64,000 nucleotides of DNA. Origin: Candidatus Aenigmatarchaeota archaeon (lineage in GTDB: Archaea; Aenigmatarchaeota; Aenigmatarchaeia; CG10238-14; SpSt-28). The DNA lies in contig JAVVFY010000002.1 in assembly GCA_032249395.1 (NCBI GenBank), positions 45,421 through 109,420 on the forward strand, in the 5' to 3' direction. The translations under genes were made by a program, and so were the position numbers. Under the pieces are notes generated by a model that worked only from the letters and a program-made list of their open reading frames with translations, was not told where the DNA came from and ran no database searches. Shown here in pieces: positions 39,550-51,158 of the stretch (position 1 is its first letter; the number at the start of each line of letters is the position of its first letter).

Positions 39550-42012
39550 CTATTTTTCGTCTACGTCTTTTATTCCTTCTTCCGTTATTTTAAACGCAAC
39601 TTCGCTTTCTGGTAGATTTGGTGCATCTATCAATCTAGCAATTCTAATGTTCTCTTTACTTCTCCTTAGATAAATTCTATACGTACTAAAATGCCCGAGC
39701 ACGTGTCCCCCAACTGGTCTAGTAGGATCTCCAAAAATTACAGATGGATCAGCCATAACTTGGTTTGTTATGTAAACTGCCAAATTAAAAGCATCTGCCA
39801 ACCTTTGTAAAGTATGCAAATGCTTGTTCAATTTTTGTTGTCTTTCTGCTAATTCTCCTCTACCAACATACTCAGCTCTAAAATGAGAAGTAATAGAATC
39901 AATAACAATTAAGCCGATATTTTTCTCTTCTATTTGTTCTCTTAACTTATCTACAATGAACATTTGATGTTCAGCATTAAATGCCCTAGCAACAAAAACG
40001 TTCTTTAATGCTGTTTGTGGATCTAAACCCTTGGCTTTTGCCATGCTAACAATTCTGTTTGGACTAAACGTTCCCTCACAATCTATATAAACTGCCGTTT
40101 TTCCTAAACCACCTTTTTCTGGAGGAAGTTGAACATTTACAGAAAGTTGATGTGCTAGTTGTGTATTGTGTAATAATAAAGGTGCGAATCCTCCAACAAA
40201 AGTATGACCAGCTGGAACTACAAAATCATAAACATAGTCATTATATTGAACTTCTTCTATCCTTTTAATCTCATCCCATGAGAATTTGCTTATCAATTCG
40301 CAAGTCCTCAAACATTCTTCTAATAACTTCAATCTTTTGTCTACCTCTCTTATAATTAACATCTTTATGAGTTTAACTCTCTCTCTATTTCTTTTTGGAA
40401 GACCTCTAATTAGATAATTCTGAAGAGTAGATCTGTTTACTCCAAGTAAAACACTTAATGTTTTGTAAGGATACGGTAAAATATTGATGAGTTCTTTTAA
40501 TTCCTCCTTTTTAAGATTTTCTAAATTTTCTGCAAGTTTTCTTGCTTTGATTAATGTATTCCTGCCAAGATTGAATATATTAACAATTTCATCGAATGTT
40601 CTTTGATTGATAACATCAGCTTTTGTGCTTCCAATCAAAACATGGTAAGCATGATTTTTAATAAAGTTTCTCTTGCCTATTACTTTTCTTTTTCTTCCTC
40701 TATTTCCGCCGATTGTTAAACTATAAACTTTTCTCAAATAATTGATGATTGGTCTCGGATAACCATAAAAAGAATTTCTAAAATTCCCTTTCTTTTCAAG
40801 GATTTTGAAAAGTCTATTTCTATCTTCACCTACTACAAAAATTCTATAGTAGATTTCTCCTTTTATTTTCTTAGTTCTAATAGTAGCGTCTATACCAAGT
40901 CTTTTCAATAGGTAGGAAAGCTGACTTGCTAAAATACTGCTTTTTGTTGTCATCTCAACATAATCTTTAACATATCCATCTCCCTTTATGTATCCTTTCA
41001 AGAATGCGGCAATAACTTCTTCTTTTGCCTCAAAAATTTCCGAAGGAATGAACTTACTTCCTGCTGTACATTTAACTAAGTTCTTAAGTAGAGAGAAAGT
41101 TTCCTTTCGTAATAAAATTCTGTACACTCCTCTTCTTTTGGTAATTTTTGGTTTATAATTAAACTTTCTCTCTAAATATGAAGAAATCCAGTCCTTTAAT
41201 TCTTCGTCAGCAGTATAAATAGAAGGTGGATTGGAAGTTCCCTCGGCAACAAAAAGTCCTATGAAATAAGCATCATCTTCATCAATAAAACTGTTTTTCT
41301 CAACTTCCAAGATTTTCGGAGATGCTATCGCATCTCCTTTTTTTACCATACCAATTGGTTTCCATGAAATAGAGTTGCCATCAAAAGTCAAAAGTTTGTG
41401 TGCTTTTGTAGCTTTAAGCAATTTTCCTCTTTTAGTTTCCAATGTACAAATATTTTTTACGAACTCTTTGTATATTGCAGCAGCTTCTACTTTTTTAAAC
41501 TCTAAACCAGAAAATCCTATAACTTTAACATTCTTCAAAGGAACAATATAACCCTCATCAAATTTTCTTTCGCCATATATTTTCTTGTATCTTTCGTATG
41601 CGTCTTCTATTTTTTCGTAATGGTAATTCTCATCATTAAAGAAGATTACTGGAGTATCTTTGCTTACACATTTCCCACTACCAAAGGCACCATAGCTCTC
41701 TGTAATAGCTTGAGTTTCTACACCACCACCAAGCAAATTATCTAATGCTTTAGAACCAGTTGTTATTCTCAATGCTTTTTGCTTCCTTTCAAGTATTTTG
41801 TCTGCCGTTACTAAACCAATATCCAAAATTTCTCTAACAGCAGCTATAATCTTTGCTGCCTGACCTTCACCAATTTCAGCAATTGCAGCAAGCTCAGAAG
41901 GAGAAATAACAGCAATTGCCATTGGATCCGTAAAACCAACTTCTCTTAATTTTTCAGCAGTTTTTGGACCTATTCCTGGGATGTCTTCCAATCTAATTTC
42001 TTTCTCACTCAT
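39550..42012 (-). CDS. radA: Recombinase RadA with intein (spliced product ~318 aa)
   Basis: N-terminal HhH domain, ITTGS, GAFGSGK|intein|[35 protein letters not shown]. Confidence 0.97.
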   Translation of the reverse strand: MSEKEIRLEDIPGIGPKTAEKLREVGFTDPMAIAVISPSELAAIAEIGEGQAAKIIAAVREILDIGLVTADKILERKQKALRITTGSKALDNLLGGGVETQAITESYGAFGSGKCVSKDTPVIFFNDENYHYEKIEDAYERYKKIYGERKFDEGYIVPLKNVKVIGFSGLEFKKVEAAAIYKEFVKNICTLETKRGKLLKATKAHKLLTFDGNSISWKPIGMVKKGDAIASPKILEVEKNSFIDEDDAYFIGLFVAEGTSNPPSIYTADEELKDWISSYLERKFNYKPKITKRRGVYRILLRKETFSLLKNLVKCTAGSKFIPSEIFEAKEEVIAAFLKGYIKGDGYVKDYVEMTTKSSILASQLSYLLKRLGIDATIRTKKIKGEIYYRIFVVGEDRNRLFKILEKKGNFRNSFYGYPRPIINYLRKVYSLTIGGNRGRKRKVIGKRNFIKNHAYHVLIGSTKADVINQRTFDEIVNIFNLGRNTLIKARKLAENLENLKKEELKELINILPYPYKTLSVLLGVNRSTLQNYLIRGLPKRNRERVKLIKMLIIREVDKRLKLLEECLRTCELISKFSWDEIKRIEEVQYNDYVYDFVVPAGHTFVGGFAPLLLHNTQLAHQLSVNVQLPPEKGGLGKTAVYIDCEGTFSPNRIVSMAKAKGLDPQTALKNVFVARAFNAEHQMFIVDKLREQIEEKNIGLIVIDSITSHFRAEYVGRGELAERQQKLNKHLHTLQRLADAFNLAVYITNQVMADPSVIFGDPTRPVGGHVLGHFSTYRIYLRRSKENIRIARLIDAPNLPESEVAFKITEEGIKDVDEK
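40165..41670 (-). mobile_element. RadA intein (502 aa) with LAGLIDADG endonuclease
   Basis: Starts CVSKDT after GSGK and ends LLLHN before T; motifs FIGLFVAEG and [10 protein letters not shown]; internal HTH-like segment. Confidence 0.95.
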
Positions 42013-42937
42013 TTTCTAACTCCTCCACCAATTTATAACTTTCTTCTGTAGGATTAAAAGGTTTGATATTAGTTGCTATCATTTCTAATCTATCATACAT
42101 ATCATTTTTCTTCACTCTTCCTTCTACAATAATTTCTTTTCCTAAAAGTCTTTCCTCGAGAAAACTTTTTCTCTTGTCTTCTTCAATTTTTTCTAATTCA
42201 TCAACACTTATTCCTGCTAAAGTTTCTGCTAATTCTCTAAAAAATGAAACTCTTATATCGCCTGTACCATCATCAATCAAAGTGGGAATTATCATTATCT
42301 TTTCTCCATTAGAATTGTATACATAGTTTGCTTTGAAGATTTTTACTATGAATCCTGTTATTTCAAAATTTCCTGGTCTAATATCTCTAATTTTAACTCT
42401 TTCAAAAGAAGAAAATTTTTGAACAAGTTCCTCGGCGCTGGGAATTTCAGGAATTTCTGTATCTAAAACTTTAAGCAATCCGAACCTGCCCAAAGAAACT
42501 TCTACTTCTCCATAAATTCCTTCTCTAGCGAAACCATTTATTACTTGAATTAGCGACCCTACGGTAACTTTTTTTTGGTCGACAAAACTTACTTGCTCGT
42601 TCCAAAGGGGTATTTTAACATAGCCTGTAGCATCGCCAACAAAAAGATTAACCACCTTACCTTTATTTCCAACGCCAAACTCAACAATTCTAGAAATTTT
42701 GAAAACTCTTCCCATAAAGCTTACTTTTCTCATTCCAGGAAGTATGCTTGATATTGTTACCCTTCTTCTTGGAGACGGAAGCTCTATTCCCAATTCTCTA
42801 GCTACCAAATAAATAGCTCCTTCTACAGTTATCAAATTATCAAGTTCGATAATTTTCTTATCTATTCTTTTCATCAACTCTTCTCTACTCAAACCAGATT
42901 TTTTCTCCAATTCTTGTAAAAGCTCTTCAACTCCCAT
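42005..42937 (-). CDS. rpa: Replication protein A (OB-fold ssDNA-binding)
   Basis: [12 protein letters not shown]-terminal domain; two OB folds (GDATG...LW; DDGTG); adjacent to radA. Confidence 0.85.
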   Translation of the reverse strand: MGVEELLQELEKKSGLSREELMKRIDKKIIELDNLITVEGAIYLVARELGIELPSPRRRVTISSILPGMRKVSFMGRVFKISRIVEFGVGNKGKVVNLFVGDATGYVKIPLWNEQVSFVDQKKVTVGSLIQVINGFAREGIYGEVEVSLGRFGLLKVLDTEIPEIPSAEELVQKFSSFERVKIRDIRPGNFEITGFIVKIFKANYVYNSNGEKIMIIPTLIDDGTGDIRVSFFRELAETLAGISVDELEKIEEDKRKSFLEERLLGKEIIVEGRVKKNDMYDRLEMIATNIKPFNPTEESYKLVEELENE

Positions 42938-42958
42938 AAATGTTTTTAGAATTGAAGA

Positions 42959-43168
42959 TTATAGATTTAGATTTTTTCTTGCAAGCCTTATATCATCTTG
43001 CAAAACGGTACTTCTCCTGGCATGTTCAGCATATGTTTTTGCTTCTTTCAAAAGTAAAATAGATCTCTCCTCCAAATATTTGGCCAAATATTCAGCTGCT
43101 TCAGGAGAAACTCTTTTAGCTCCAAATTTCTTCAAGAATTTGTCAAATGTTTCTCTCTTTAATATCAT
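42959..43168 (-). CDS. Archaeal histone
   Basis: GAKRVSPEA...AEHARRSTV..DDI.LA histone fold. Confidence 0.9.
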   Translation of the reverse strand: MILKRETFDKFLKKFGAKRVSPEAAEYLAKYLEERSILLLKEAKTYAEHARRSTVLQDDIRLARKNLNL

Positions 43169-43184
43169 AATTTATTTTTACCTC

Positions 43185-44186
43185 CTAAATAAACCACTTT
43201 ACTTCATCAATTCTCCATTTTGGTTTTATCAAATCCTCGAAAGGTCTATCAAAACCCCTTTTATAAGCAAGCAAACCAGCGTATGCTATCATAACACCAT
43301 TATCAGAGGAATATTTAGAAGGAACTACATAGAATTTTGCTCCTCTTTCCTCACACATTTTATTCATCATTTCTTGTAATCTTTTATTAGAAGCAACTCC
43401 ACCTACTAACAAAATCTCGTTTTTTTCGGTATGAGCCAATGCTCTTTCAGTAACTTCAGTTAGCATTGCGAAACAAGTTTCCTGTAGAGAAAATGCTATA
43501 TCTTCCCTACTAATTCCTTCTGAAATTAACTTCAAAACAGCTGTTTGAATTCCGCTAAAAGAAACATCCATACCTTTAACAGCATACGGCAATTCAATAT
43601 AATTTTTCCCATTTTTTGCAAGCTCTTCTATTTTTGGTCCACCTGGCATTGAAAACCCGAATGATCTTGCAATAGTGTCGAAAAGGTTTCCAATTGTTAT
43701 ATCTTGAGTTTCTCCAAAAACTTTGTAAGAATCGTTAACAAACGCTAAAATTGCATTGTGACCTCCAGACAAATAAACAACGACTGCATCTTTGCATCCT
43801 GTTAAAAGTCTTCCAATTTCAATATGACCAATGCCATGATGTACCTTTACTAAAGGTTTATGGAATTTCTCAGCCAGTTCTTTTGCAAATTTTGCAGTAA
43901 AAAGAAGCGGAGGTGGCAAGCCTGGTCCAGCTGAATAAGAAATTATATCTATTTCCTCAAAAGTAATACCAGCAGAACTTATAGCTCTTTCTAAAATTGT
44001 TTTTGATACTTCCTCATGATGTTTTCTTGCATCAGAAGGAATAATACCCTTTCCTTCTGGAGGGTTATAAACATCTCTCTCATCTGCTAAAATCCTTCCG
44101 TCTTCAGAGACAATGCCCACGCCAAAAGTATGGGCTGTTCCTTCTATTCCAAGAGATATTAATTTCCCTTCTCTCATCCTTCTCAC
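43185..44186 (-). CDS. kae1: KEOPS t6A synthase Kae1
   Basis: LGIEGTAHT, GPGL, HH.GHIE, SGGH, GET.D, DNGVMIA. Confidence 0.95.
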   Translation of the reverse strand: MRRMREGKLISLGIEGTAHTFGVGIVSEDGRILADERDVYNPPEGKGIIPSDARKHHEEVSKTILERAISSAGITFEEIDIISYSAGPGLPPPLLFTAKFAKELAEKFHKPLVKVHHGIGHIEIGRLLTGCKDAVVVYLSGGHNAILAFVNDSYKVFGETQDITIGNLFDTIARSFGFSMPGGPKIEELAKNGKNYIELPYAVKGMDVSFSGIQTAVLKLISEGISREDIAFSLQETCFAMLTEVTERALAHTEKNEILLVGGVASNKRLQEMMNKMCEERGAKFYVVPSKYSSDNGVMIAYAGLLAYKRGFDRPFEDLIKPKWRIDEVKWFI

Positions 44187-44220
44187 TCCATAAACATATT
44201 AGCAAAAGAGAATATGAAAT

Positions 44221-46392
44221 ATGAGAGTTGAAGAATTAAGAAATTTTGGATTCGTCGATAAATGGATTGAGAAGATAAGAAATAAGAAAATTGAAGAATT
44301 CTATCCTCCTCAGGAAGATTTTATTAAAAGAAGGTTATTTGAAAAAAATTGCATAGTTTCTACTCCTACGGCATCAGGAAAAACTTTAATAGCAATATTA
44401 GCCGCAATTAAAACTTTAGAAAAAGGGAAGAAAGTTTTGTACACTTCTCCTTTGGTTGCGTTAGCATTTGAAAAATATGAAGAATTTTTAAAATTTTTTA
44501 ACGAATATAAAGTTGCCATATCTGTATCAGATTTTGATTCTAGTGATCCTTGGCTTCAAAATTATGATCTGATTGTTGCAACAAACGAAAAAGTGGAGTC
44601 GCTAATCAGGCATGGTGCTGAGTGGATTAGAGATGTAGGCTTACTGATTTTAGATGAGATTCACCTACTTACAGACGTTTCTAGAGGTCCTACTCTAGAA
44701 ATTTTAATAACAAAAATGAGAAAAATTGTAAAAAATATTCAAATAGTTGGGTTATCTGCAACCATAAGAAATGCCGAAGAATTAGCAGAGTGGCTTGATG
44801 CAGAGCTTCTAAAGAGCGATTTTAGACCTGTAAAACTTTATCAGGGTATTGCATACGATTCCAAAATAAAGTTTCCTGGATATAAGACGATAGAATTAGA
44901 TAAAGAACTTGATTTAGAAGAAGCAATAGTTGTTGATACAATAAACAAAGGAAAACAAATCTTAATATTTTGCTCAACAAGAAAGTCAACAGAAGCATTA
45001 GCAGAAAGATTGTCAAAAGTTGTTAGTAGCAAACTTGGAAAAAGCGATTTAGAACTTCTAAAAAAGCTTTCTGATGAAATTGAAAACGTATTGGAAGTTC
45101 CTACAGAGCAATGTAAAAGATTAGCTAAATGTATTAAAAGCGGTGTGGCATTTCATCATTCAGGATTAGTTGGAGGACAAAGAAGGTTGATTGAAGAGAA
45201 TTTCAGAAACGGCTTGATAAAAGTTCTAGTTTCAACAACGACTTTAGCAGCTGGTGTAGATTTGCCGGCTTTTAGAGTTTTGATAAAAGAAGCAAAAAGG
45301 TATCACCCACTTTATGGCTCAATCTACATTCCTATTCTTGAATATTATCAGATGATTGGTAGAGCAGGAAGACCTAGATACGATAATTATGGCGAATCTA
45401 TAATAATTGCAAAAAGCGAAAACGATGCTGAAGAATTGATAGAACGATTTGTTTTTGGAGAACCAGAACCAATAACATCTAAGTTAGCTTCAGAACCTGC
45501 CTTGAGAATGCATGTACTAGCGTTGATAGCTAGCGATTTTTGTAAAAAGAAAAAATCTATATTTGACTTCTTCTCATCAACATTCTTTGCTTTTAAGTAT
45601 GGAGATCTATCAATTATAGAAGAAAAAGTAGAAAATATTCTGCAATCTTTGAATGAGTGGTCTTTCATAACAATTGACGGAGAAAAATTAGAAGCCACGA
45701 GACTTGGAAAGAGAATCTCAGAATTGTACATTGATCCCCTAACTGGTAAAATTTTTGTTGATGGTTTAAAATCAAAAGAAAGATTTACTGAATTTTCATT
45801 CTTACAGCTGATTTCTTCTTCAATAGAAATGAAGCCTTTACTCTCAGTTAGAACGAGTGAATTGGATGAAATAGAATCTACTATAGAATCCAGAAAAGAA
45901 GAAATATTGGTTGAGGTTCCTTCTGATGAGTATGAGTATGAAGAGTTTGAAAAGAGCGTAAAGATGGCTAAAATTTTGGAAGATTGGATTAATGAAAAAA
46001 CTGAAGAAGAAATAATGCAAAAGTATTCTTTAACTCCTGGAGAACTTTATTCTCGTTTACAAATAGCAGATTGGCTTCTTTACTCTTTACATGAAATCGC
46101 CCTAGTTATGAGGAAGAAAGAAGTTTTAACTAAATTGAAAAAGTTGAGACTAAGAGTTGAAAAGGGTATTAAAGAAGAACTATTGCCTTTAGTTACTCTA
46201 GAAGGGGTAGGAAGAATCAGAGCTAGAAAATTGTATAATTCTGGTTTTAAATCTTTGGAAGATCTAAGAAGAGCTCCGCTAGAAACAATAGCAAAAATAG
46301 TTGGAGAGAAGACTGCAATCAAGATTAAAAACCAATTGGAAGGCAAGAAAGAAATTAAAGAAAGACAAACTTCCTTGTTTACTAGACTCTAA
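44221..46392 (+). CDS. hel308: Ski2-like helicase Hel308/Hjm
   Basis: PTASGKT, DEIH, SAT, QMIGRAGRP, GVGRIRARKLY; C-terminal QTSLF PIP-like motif. Confidence 0.95.
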   Translation: MRVEELRNFGFVDKWIEKIRNKKIEEFYPPQEDFIKRRLFEKNCIVSTPTASGKTLIAILAAIKTLEKGKKVLYTSPLVALAFEKYEEFLKFFNEYKVAISVSDFDSSDPWLQNYDLIVATNEKVESLIRHGAEWIRDVGLLILDEIHLLTDVSRGPTLEILITKMRKIVKNIQIVGLSATIRNAEELAEWLDAELLKSDFRPVKLYQGIAYDSKIKFPGYKTIELDKELDLEEAIVVDTINKGKQILIFCSTRKSTEALAERLSKVVSSKLGKSDLELLKKLSDEIENVLEVPTEQCKRLAKCIKSGVAFHHSGLVGGQRRLIEENFRNGLIKVLVSTTTLAAGVDLPAFRVLIKEAKRYHPLYGSIYIPILEYYQMIGRAGRPRYDNYGESIIIAKSENDAEELIERFVFGEPEPITSKLASEPALRMHVLALIASDFCKKKKSIFDFFSSTFFAFKYGDLSIIEEKVENILQSLNEWSFITIDGEKLEATRLGKRISELYIDPLTGKIFVDGLKSKERFTEFSFLQLISSSIEMKPLLSVRTSELDEIESTIESRKEEILVEVPSDEYEYEEFEKSVKMAKILEDWINEKTEEEIMQKYSLTPGELYSRLQIADWLLYSLHEIALVMRKKEVLTKLKKLRLRVEKGIKEELLPLVTLEGVGRIRARKLYNSGFKSLEDLRRAPLETIAKIVGEKTAIKIKNQLEGKKEIKERQTSLFTRL

Positions 46393-46652
46393 ATTATCTC
46401 ACTTTCTGTTACAACAACAAAATCTCCAACCGATTTAACAGCAGAAAATGGTATAAGTGGTCTTCCTTTTGAGTCTGTTTTAACGTTTAGATCTAATAAG
46501 CTTCTTGTTGCATCCTCTACTACAATATTCAATAATTCACCAGTATCTGTAATGAACTCTAAGTTTGCTACTATACCTAATTTCTTCCCAGTCTCTGCAC
46601 TTATTACTGGTTTCCCTATAACATCAGAAACTCTAACAGTTTTTATAGACAT
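46389..46652 (-). CDS. PRC-barrel protein (CdpB-like)
   Basis: IGKPVIS..G..LG.V, IPFSAVKSVGDFVVV. Confidence 0.85.
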   Translation of the reverse strand: MSIKTVRVSDVIGKPVISAETGKKLGIVANLEFITDTGELLNIVVEDATRSLLDLNVKTDSKGRPLIPFSAVKSVGDFVVVTESEII

Positions 46653-46696
46653 GCTAATTCACCATATTTTATTTAGGTTTTAAATAAATAAAGATT

Positions 46697-47215
46697 ATGG
46701 TTAGGTGTTTTATAGCAATTTACCCTATAAAATCACAAAAAATCCAAGAACTACAAGATAAAATAGCAAATTTGATAAATGGAAAAAGCGTTGAAAAAGA
46801 AAATATGCACATTACATTATCTTTTCTTGGAGAAAAAAAGGAGAGCGAAATAAACGAAATAAGAAATAAGGTAGATATAGTGGCAAAAAACACATATAAA
46901 AGAGAAGCAATTTTAACAAAGATTAAATTCATACCAAACGAGAATTTTATTAGAGTTATAGTTGTTGACGTTGTTGGTTTAGATGATCTAAGTAAGATTA
47001 TAGAAAAAGAAGTTGGCGGCGACGTTAAACCTCCTCATCTTACATTATTCAGAGTGAAAAATGTTAAGGACAAGAAAACTCTACTGGAATTTAGAAAAAT
47101 CGATATTAACGAAAGGGTCCTCGTTGATAAAATATCTATTATGAAAAGCACATTAACTCCAAAAGGTCCTATTTATGAAATAATTCATTCGTTTGACTTG
47201 GTTTCAAACCAATAG
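46697..47215 (+). CDS. thpR: RNA 2',3'-cyclic phosphodiesterase (2H family)
   Basis: RCFIAI, HITL.FLG, PHLTL, STLTPKGPIY. Confidence 0.92.
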   Translation: MVRCFIAIYPIKSQKIQELQDKIANLINGKSVEKENMHITLSFLGEKKESEINEIRNKVDIVAKNTYKREAILTKIKFIPNENFIRVIVVDVVGLDDLSKIIEKEVGGDVKPPHLTLFRVKNVKDKKTLLEFRKIDINERVLVDKISIMKSTLTPKGPIYEIIHSFDLVSNQ

Positions 47216-48007
47216 GTTTATGTAGTCCCTCTCTGTAAATATACCCTCTAGTTTATTGTCTTCATCCACTATTAACATAGAGCTTATTTTCTTCTCTTTC
47301 ATTTTCTTTAAAACATTTGATAAAGATTCTCTCTTCAATACAGTTATCATATTTTTTGTCATAATTTCGGATATTGTTCTATCTAAAATTTTTCCAGAAA
47401 ATAAGTTATTTACTAAGTAATTGAAAATAAGAGTGGAAGTCACGTATCCAACCAATGCTCTGTTTTCAACAACCGGAAGTCTTCTGTATTTTCCGTTAAC
47501 CATTGTTCTAATAACTTCTCTTAGAGTAAAGGAAGGTGTAACAAAGAACGGTTTCTTAGTCATGACTTCGTCTATAACTATGTTTTCGAAAGCTTCAAAA
47601 CTTTTTGCTGCCAAAATGAAGTCTGTCTCCGATATAACTCCAACAATCTTACCTTCTTGCGTCACAGGCAGCCTTCCCCTTTTAGAGATTTTCATTTTCT
47701 GTAAAACATAACCTATGCTCTCGTTGGCGTCGCATCCAACAACTTCTCTTGACATTATATTTTCTACAAAATCATTCATATTACCACCACTTATAAAAAA
47801 ACTAAAAATATCCGTTATAGTTATTATTCCTAATAGGCGCATCTTTCTATCTACAACAGGCAAGCTTCTATGTCCACTTGAAGAAAGTTTTTTGCATACA
47901 TCAATTATTTTCTCTCCAACAAAAGCAACGACAGGGTTTAAAGAAGAAATAGATAATATCCTCTCTTTTTTATTTATACCAACTTTTTCTAGCTCGACTT
48001 CAATCAT
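47204..48007 (-). CDS. CBS-domain protein (four CBS)
   Basis: Repeated LPVV..GI.(S/T)..D motifs. Confidence 0.9.
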   Translation of the reverse strand: MIEVELEKVGINKKERILSISSLNPVVAFVGEKIIDVCKKLSSSGHRSLPVVDRKMRLLGIITITDIFSFFISGGNMNDFVENIMSREVVGCDANESIGYVLQKMKISKRGRLPVTQEGKIVGVISETDFILAAKSFEAFENIVIDEVMTKKPFFVTPSFTLREVIRTMVNGKYRRLPVVENRALVGYVTSTLIFNYLVNNLFSGKILDRTISEIMTKNMITVLKRESLSNVLKKMKEKKISSMLIVDEDNKLEGIFTERDYINLLV

Positions 48008-48029
48008 AAATTTTTTTGGATTCTAAAAA

Positions 48030-48581
48030 CTAATCCTTTTCTAATAAATCTTTACAATCTTCGCATAACCATCTTCCGTTAAAGTTGTAAAGGTTATCAG
48101 AATAGTTATCACATTCTTCGCAAACACCACTTATTCTTCCTTCGATTCTTTCTGGTTCTACGCCTTCTTCTTTCAATCTAAGCCTTTCTTCTATTATATT
48201 TATAAATTCTGGACTTACTCTAGCTATATCAGTATCTGTAATTATACCAATTAGTTTTCCTTTTTCGACTACAGGAATTCTTTTTATAGAATTCTTCCTC
48301 ATTAGTCTAGATGCTTCAACAACATCATCGTTCGGTGATATGGTTATTATGGGAGAGCTCATAACTTCACTAACTTTAACTTTTTTTGGATCTTTACCCT
48401 TAGAAATCACTTTTTCAATTATATCACTATCAGTAAGAATTCCCACTGGTTTGTTTTTTCTTACTATAACAACATAACCTCTCCTTTCTTTAGCCATCTG
48501 TTTTGCTGCATGATATACTGTTTTTTTCTCATCTATTTTGTTAACCTTCTTGGACATCAATTCTTTAACTAAAAGAGGCAT
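48030..48581 (-). CDS. CBS-pair protein with C-terminal Zn ribbon
   Basis: Two CBS domains plus GVCEEC...LCEDC. Confidence 0.9.
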   Translation of the reverse strand: MPLLVKELMSKKVNKIDEKKTVYHAAKQMAKERRGYVVIVRKNKPVGILTDSDIIEKVISKGKDPKKVKVSEVMSSPIITISPNDDVVEASRLMRKNSIKRIPVVEKGKLIGIITDTDIARVSPEFINIIEERLRLKEEGVEPERIEGRISGVCEECDNYSDNLYNFNGRWLCEDCKDLLEKD

Positions 48582-48619
48582 AAGGTTATTTACATATGCA
48601 TATAAAAATTTTTCATTCT

Positions 48620-48949
48620 TCAACAAAATTTTCTAATAAATTCTTCAAAGTTTTCTCCTTTTCCTTTCTCTAGTACATTAGCAGGCTCGAAAACTTCAAT
48701 ATCACCGTAACCAAAATCTACTACAACATAGAATGGAAACCCTTCTAACATCTTTCCCATATACCCTTTATAGTAAATTTTATCCTTCCTTGTAGATTTT
48801 ACTTGAAAGAAAACACACACGCCTTTTTTTATACAAACCAAATCTGCTTTGCCAAAACTACCTCCAGCTCTTACAACAATCCAACCTTCTCTTTCTAGAT
48901 TTTGTTTTATCTTTCTCTCGACTCTATATCCTTTATATTTTGTCTTCAT
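48620..48949 (-). CDS. hjc: Holliday junction resolvase Hjc-like PD-(D/E)xK nuclease
   Basis: KG...ER, GW.V.RAGGS, ADL, QVKST. Confidence 0.75.
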   Translation of the reverse strand: MKTKYKGYRVERKIKQNLEREGWIVVRAGGSFGKADLVCIKKGVCVFFQVKSTRKDKIYYKGYMGKMLEGFPFYVVVDFGYGDIEVFEPANVLEKGKGENFEEFIRKFC

Positions 48950-49247
48950 ATGTTAAGTTTAAATTAGTAATATATTTTATAATATCTAAAAGAGACTTTC
49001 CTTTAGTAGTTATAATATATATTCTGCCTTTTCTTCTTCCGGGATTTATACACTCTACTAGTCCTCTAATTTTAAGTTCTTTAAGTTTCGTTGAAACATT
49101 AGATAAAGACATCTTCAAAATCCTTGAAATCCTAGTTGGTGTTTCTGGACAAATCTCCAATAAAAACAATATTTTTCTAGAAATGCTAGACGAAACTAAA
49201 TACCCTAACTCATCAGAGTATTCAATTAGTTTTTCTACATATTTCAT
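48933..49247 (-). CDS. ArsR-like winged-helix regulator
   Basis: TPTRIS..L.MSLSNVS..L.EL...GLVEC...GRIY.IT.KG. Confidence 0.85.
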   Translation of the reverse strand: MKYVEKLIEYSDELGYLVSSSISRKILFLLEICPETPTRISRILKMSLSNVSTKLKELKIRGLVECINPGRRKGRIYIITTKGKSLLDIIKYITNLNLTYEDKI

Positions 49248-49279
49248 TAGTTAATTTTTGAACCGAAAAAAATTTAAAT

Positions 49280-51139
49280 CTAATCAACACGAAGAGTTTC
49301 TAAAAGCCTCGGAGCATAACTCTCTATTTTAAATATCCTCTCTATACTTTTAGACAAGGATACAGCCTTCTCCTCTTCTCCATGCACAACCAAAACTCGT
49401 TTAGGTTTAGATGTTAAGTTTCCTATATAAGCTAAAAGTTGCTTCCTATCTGAATGGGCACTTAATCCTTCAGCAGTATAAACTTCCATAGCTATTTTTA
49501 GAGTTGTCATTCTACCATTATCTTCAATAGGAATTTCCTTCCATCCTTTTTGAATTTTTCTACCCAAGGTTCCCTCGGCCTGATAACCAACGAAGATTAG
49601 AGTGTTTCTCTCGTCTTCAGCCAGATGTTTTAAATGTTCCAAAACAGGACCCCCTGTCAACATACCGCTAGTTGATATTATAACACAAGGTCTATCATTC
49701 CATGCTTTTTCTCTTTCTGACATAGAGGAAATCCTCTTAAAAATGGGGGACAAAAAAGGATCTTTACCACTAATGGCATCCTTCATCATTCTTCTACCAT
49801 AATATTCAGGATATGCAGTAAAAACTGTGTTGGCATCCCATATCATCCCATCCAAATAGATAGGATAAAGGAAGTTGTTTTTAACCAGAATTGCCATAAT
49901 TTCTTGAGCTCTTTCAACGGAAAAACTTGGAATTAAAACTATACCTCCTCTCTCCATAGTTTTGTTAACAACTCTCATAAATTGTTCCTCGACCTCCTTT
50001 CTAGAAGGCATTACATCAGTTTTTGCTCCATAAGTTGATTCAATTATTAAGGTCTCGACCCTTTGAAAATTAGTAAATGCTGGGTCTAAAAGATTTGTTC
50101 TCCCAAATTTTTGATCAAGAGCATAAACAATATTGTGCCATCCATCACCAACATGTAAATGAACTATTGCAGAGCCAAGAATATGGCCAGCGTTGTAAAA
50201 AGTAAGTCTTATATCTGGAGAAATATCTGTAACTTCATTATAATCGATGGTTATTGCTCTTTTTATAGCCTCTTTTACTCCTTTTATTGTGAAAAGGGGT
50301 TTAAAGGAGCTTCTCTGCATAACATCTATAAAATCTAACCATAAGAGAGTAGCTAAATCCAGTGTTGGAGGCGTTAAATAAAGAGGTCCGTCGTAACCCA
50401 TTTCATAAAGAGTTGGAATAAAACCAACATGATCTAAGTGTGCATGAGACACAATAATAGCATCTATTTCATTTATGTTAAACTCTGGAATATTCAATAT
50501 CGGAAAACCGTTTTGACTTCCAGCAATAACACCAGCATCTACAAGAACTTTAGATTTGGGTGTTTCAACAAGCAAACAAGACCTTCCAACTTCTCTGGCT
50601 CCACCCAAAAAAGTTAGCCTTATTCTCTTTCTATCTATGTCCCTTTTCTCGAAAATCCTTCTACCTACTCTATTCAAGAATTCTCTTCTAAAGTTAATTT
50701 CTTCATGCATCATGTTTCTTATACCATCTACAACCTTAGAATCAATTAATGGGGCTCTCTCAATTTTTGGTTGCCAGAAAGTTTCTTCTCTAATTTTCTT
50801 AACCACTTCCCCTCCTCTTCCTATAACATATCCTATTTTTTTAGCATATATGTTAACTACACTCCTTTCTCTTTCAAATATTATCTCCTTTATTTCTGCA
50901 ACTTCTGGAGCCAGTTCTAATATTTTCTTCTTAGCTTCCTCCTCCTTCATTAATAAGTCTTTCTCTGCCCTGACTTCAATCCTCTTCTTTATATTCGAGA
51001 CTAATTCTTTAACAACATTCTCATTGTTTCTAAAAAAATCCGAATCTTTCGTATAAATTACAATTTTTGGTCCTTCAAACTCTATTCTACTTATTTTTTC
51101 TTTAGAAATAAACTCTTTTATTTTATCGATTATTTCCAT
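49280..51139 (-). CDS. fttA: beta-CASP ribonuclease aCPSF1 (FttA)
   Basis: KH domains, GGAREVGRSC, SHAHLDH, AGHILGS, ESTYG, SAHSD. Confidence 0.95.
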   Translation of the reverse strand: MEIIDKIKEFISKEKISRIEFEGPKIVIYTKDSDFFRNNENVVKELVSNIKKRIEVRAEKDLLMKEEEAKKKILELAPEVAEIKEIIFERERSVVNIYAKKIGYVIGRGGEVVKKIREETFWQPKIERAPLIDSKVVDGIRNMMHEEINFRREFLNRVGRRIFEKRDIDRKRIRLTFLGGAREVGRSCLLVETPKSKVLVDAGVIAGSQNGFPILNIPEFNINEIDAIIVSHAHLDHVGFIPTLYEMGYDGPLYLTPPTLDLATLLWLDFIDVMQRSSFKPLFTIKGVKEAIKRAITIDYNEVTDISPDIRLTFYNAGHILGSAIVHLHVGDGWHNIVYALDQKFGRTNLLDPAFTNFQRVETLIIESTYGAKTDVMPSRKEVEEQFMRVVNKTMERGGIVLIPSFSVERAQEIMAILVKNNFLYPIYLDGMIWDANTVFTAYPEYYGRRMMKDAISGKDPFLSPIFKRISSMSEREKAWNDRPCVIISTSGMLTGGPVLEHLKHLAEDERNTLIFVGYQAEGTLGRKIQKGWKEIPIEDNGRMTTLKIAMEVYTAEGLSAHSDRKQLLAYIGNLTSKPKRVLVVHGEEEKAVSLSKSIERIFKIESYAPRLLETLRVD

Positions 51140-51158
51140 GTTAGATTACCGTTTTTAA

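Noticed and set aside
48620..49247. Restriction or defence system (nuclease plus HTH)
   Set aside because: The nuclease matches the short Hjc pattern, with no methyltransferase or other defence genes nearby.
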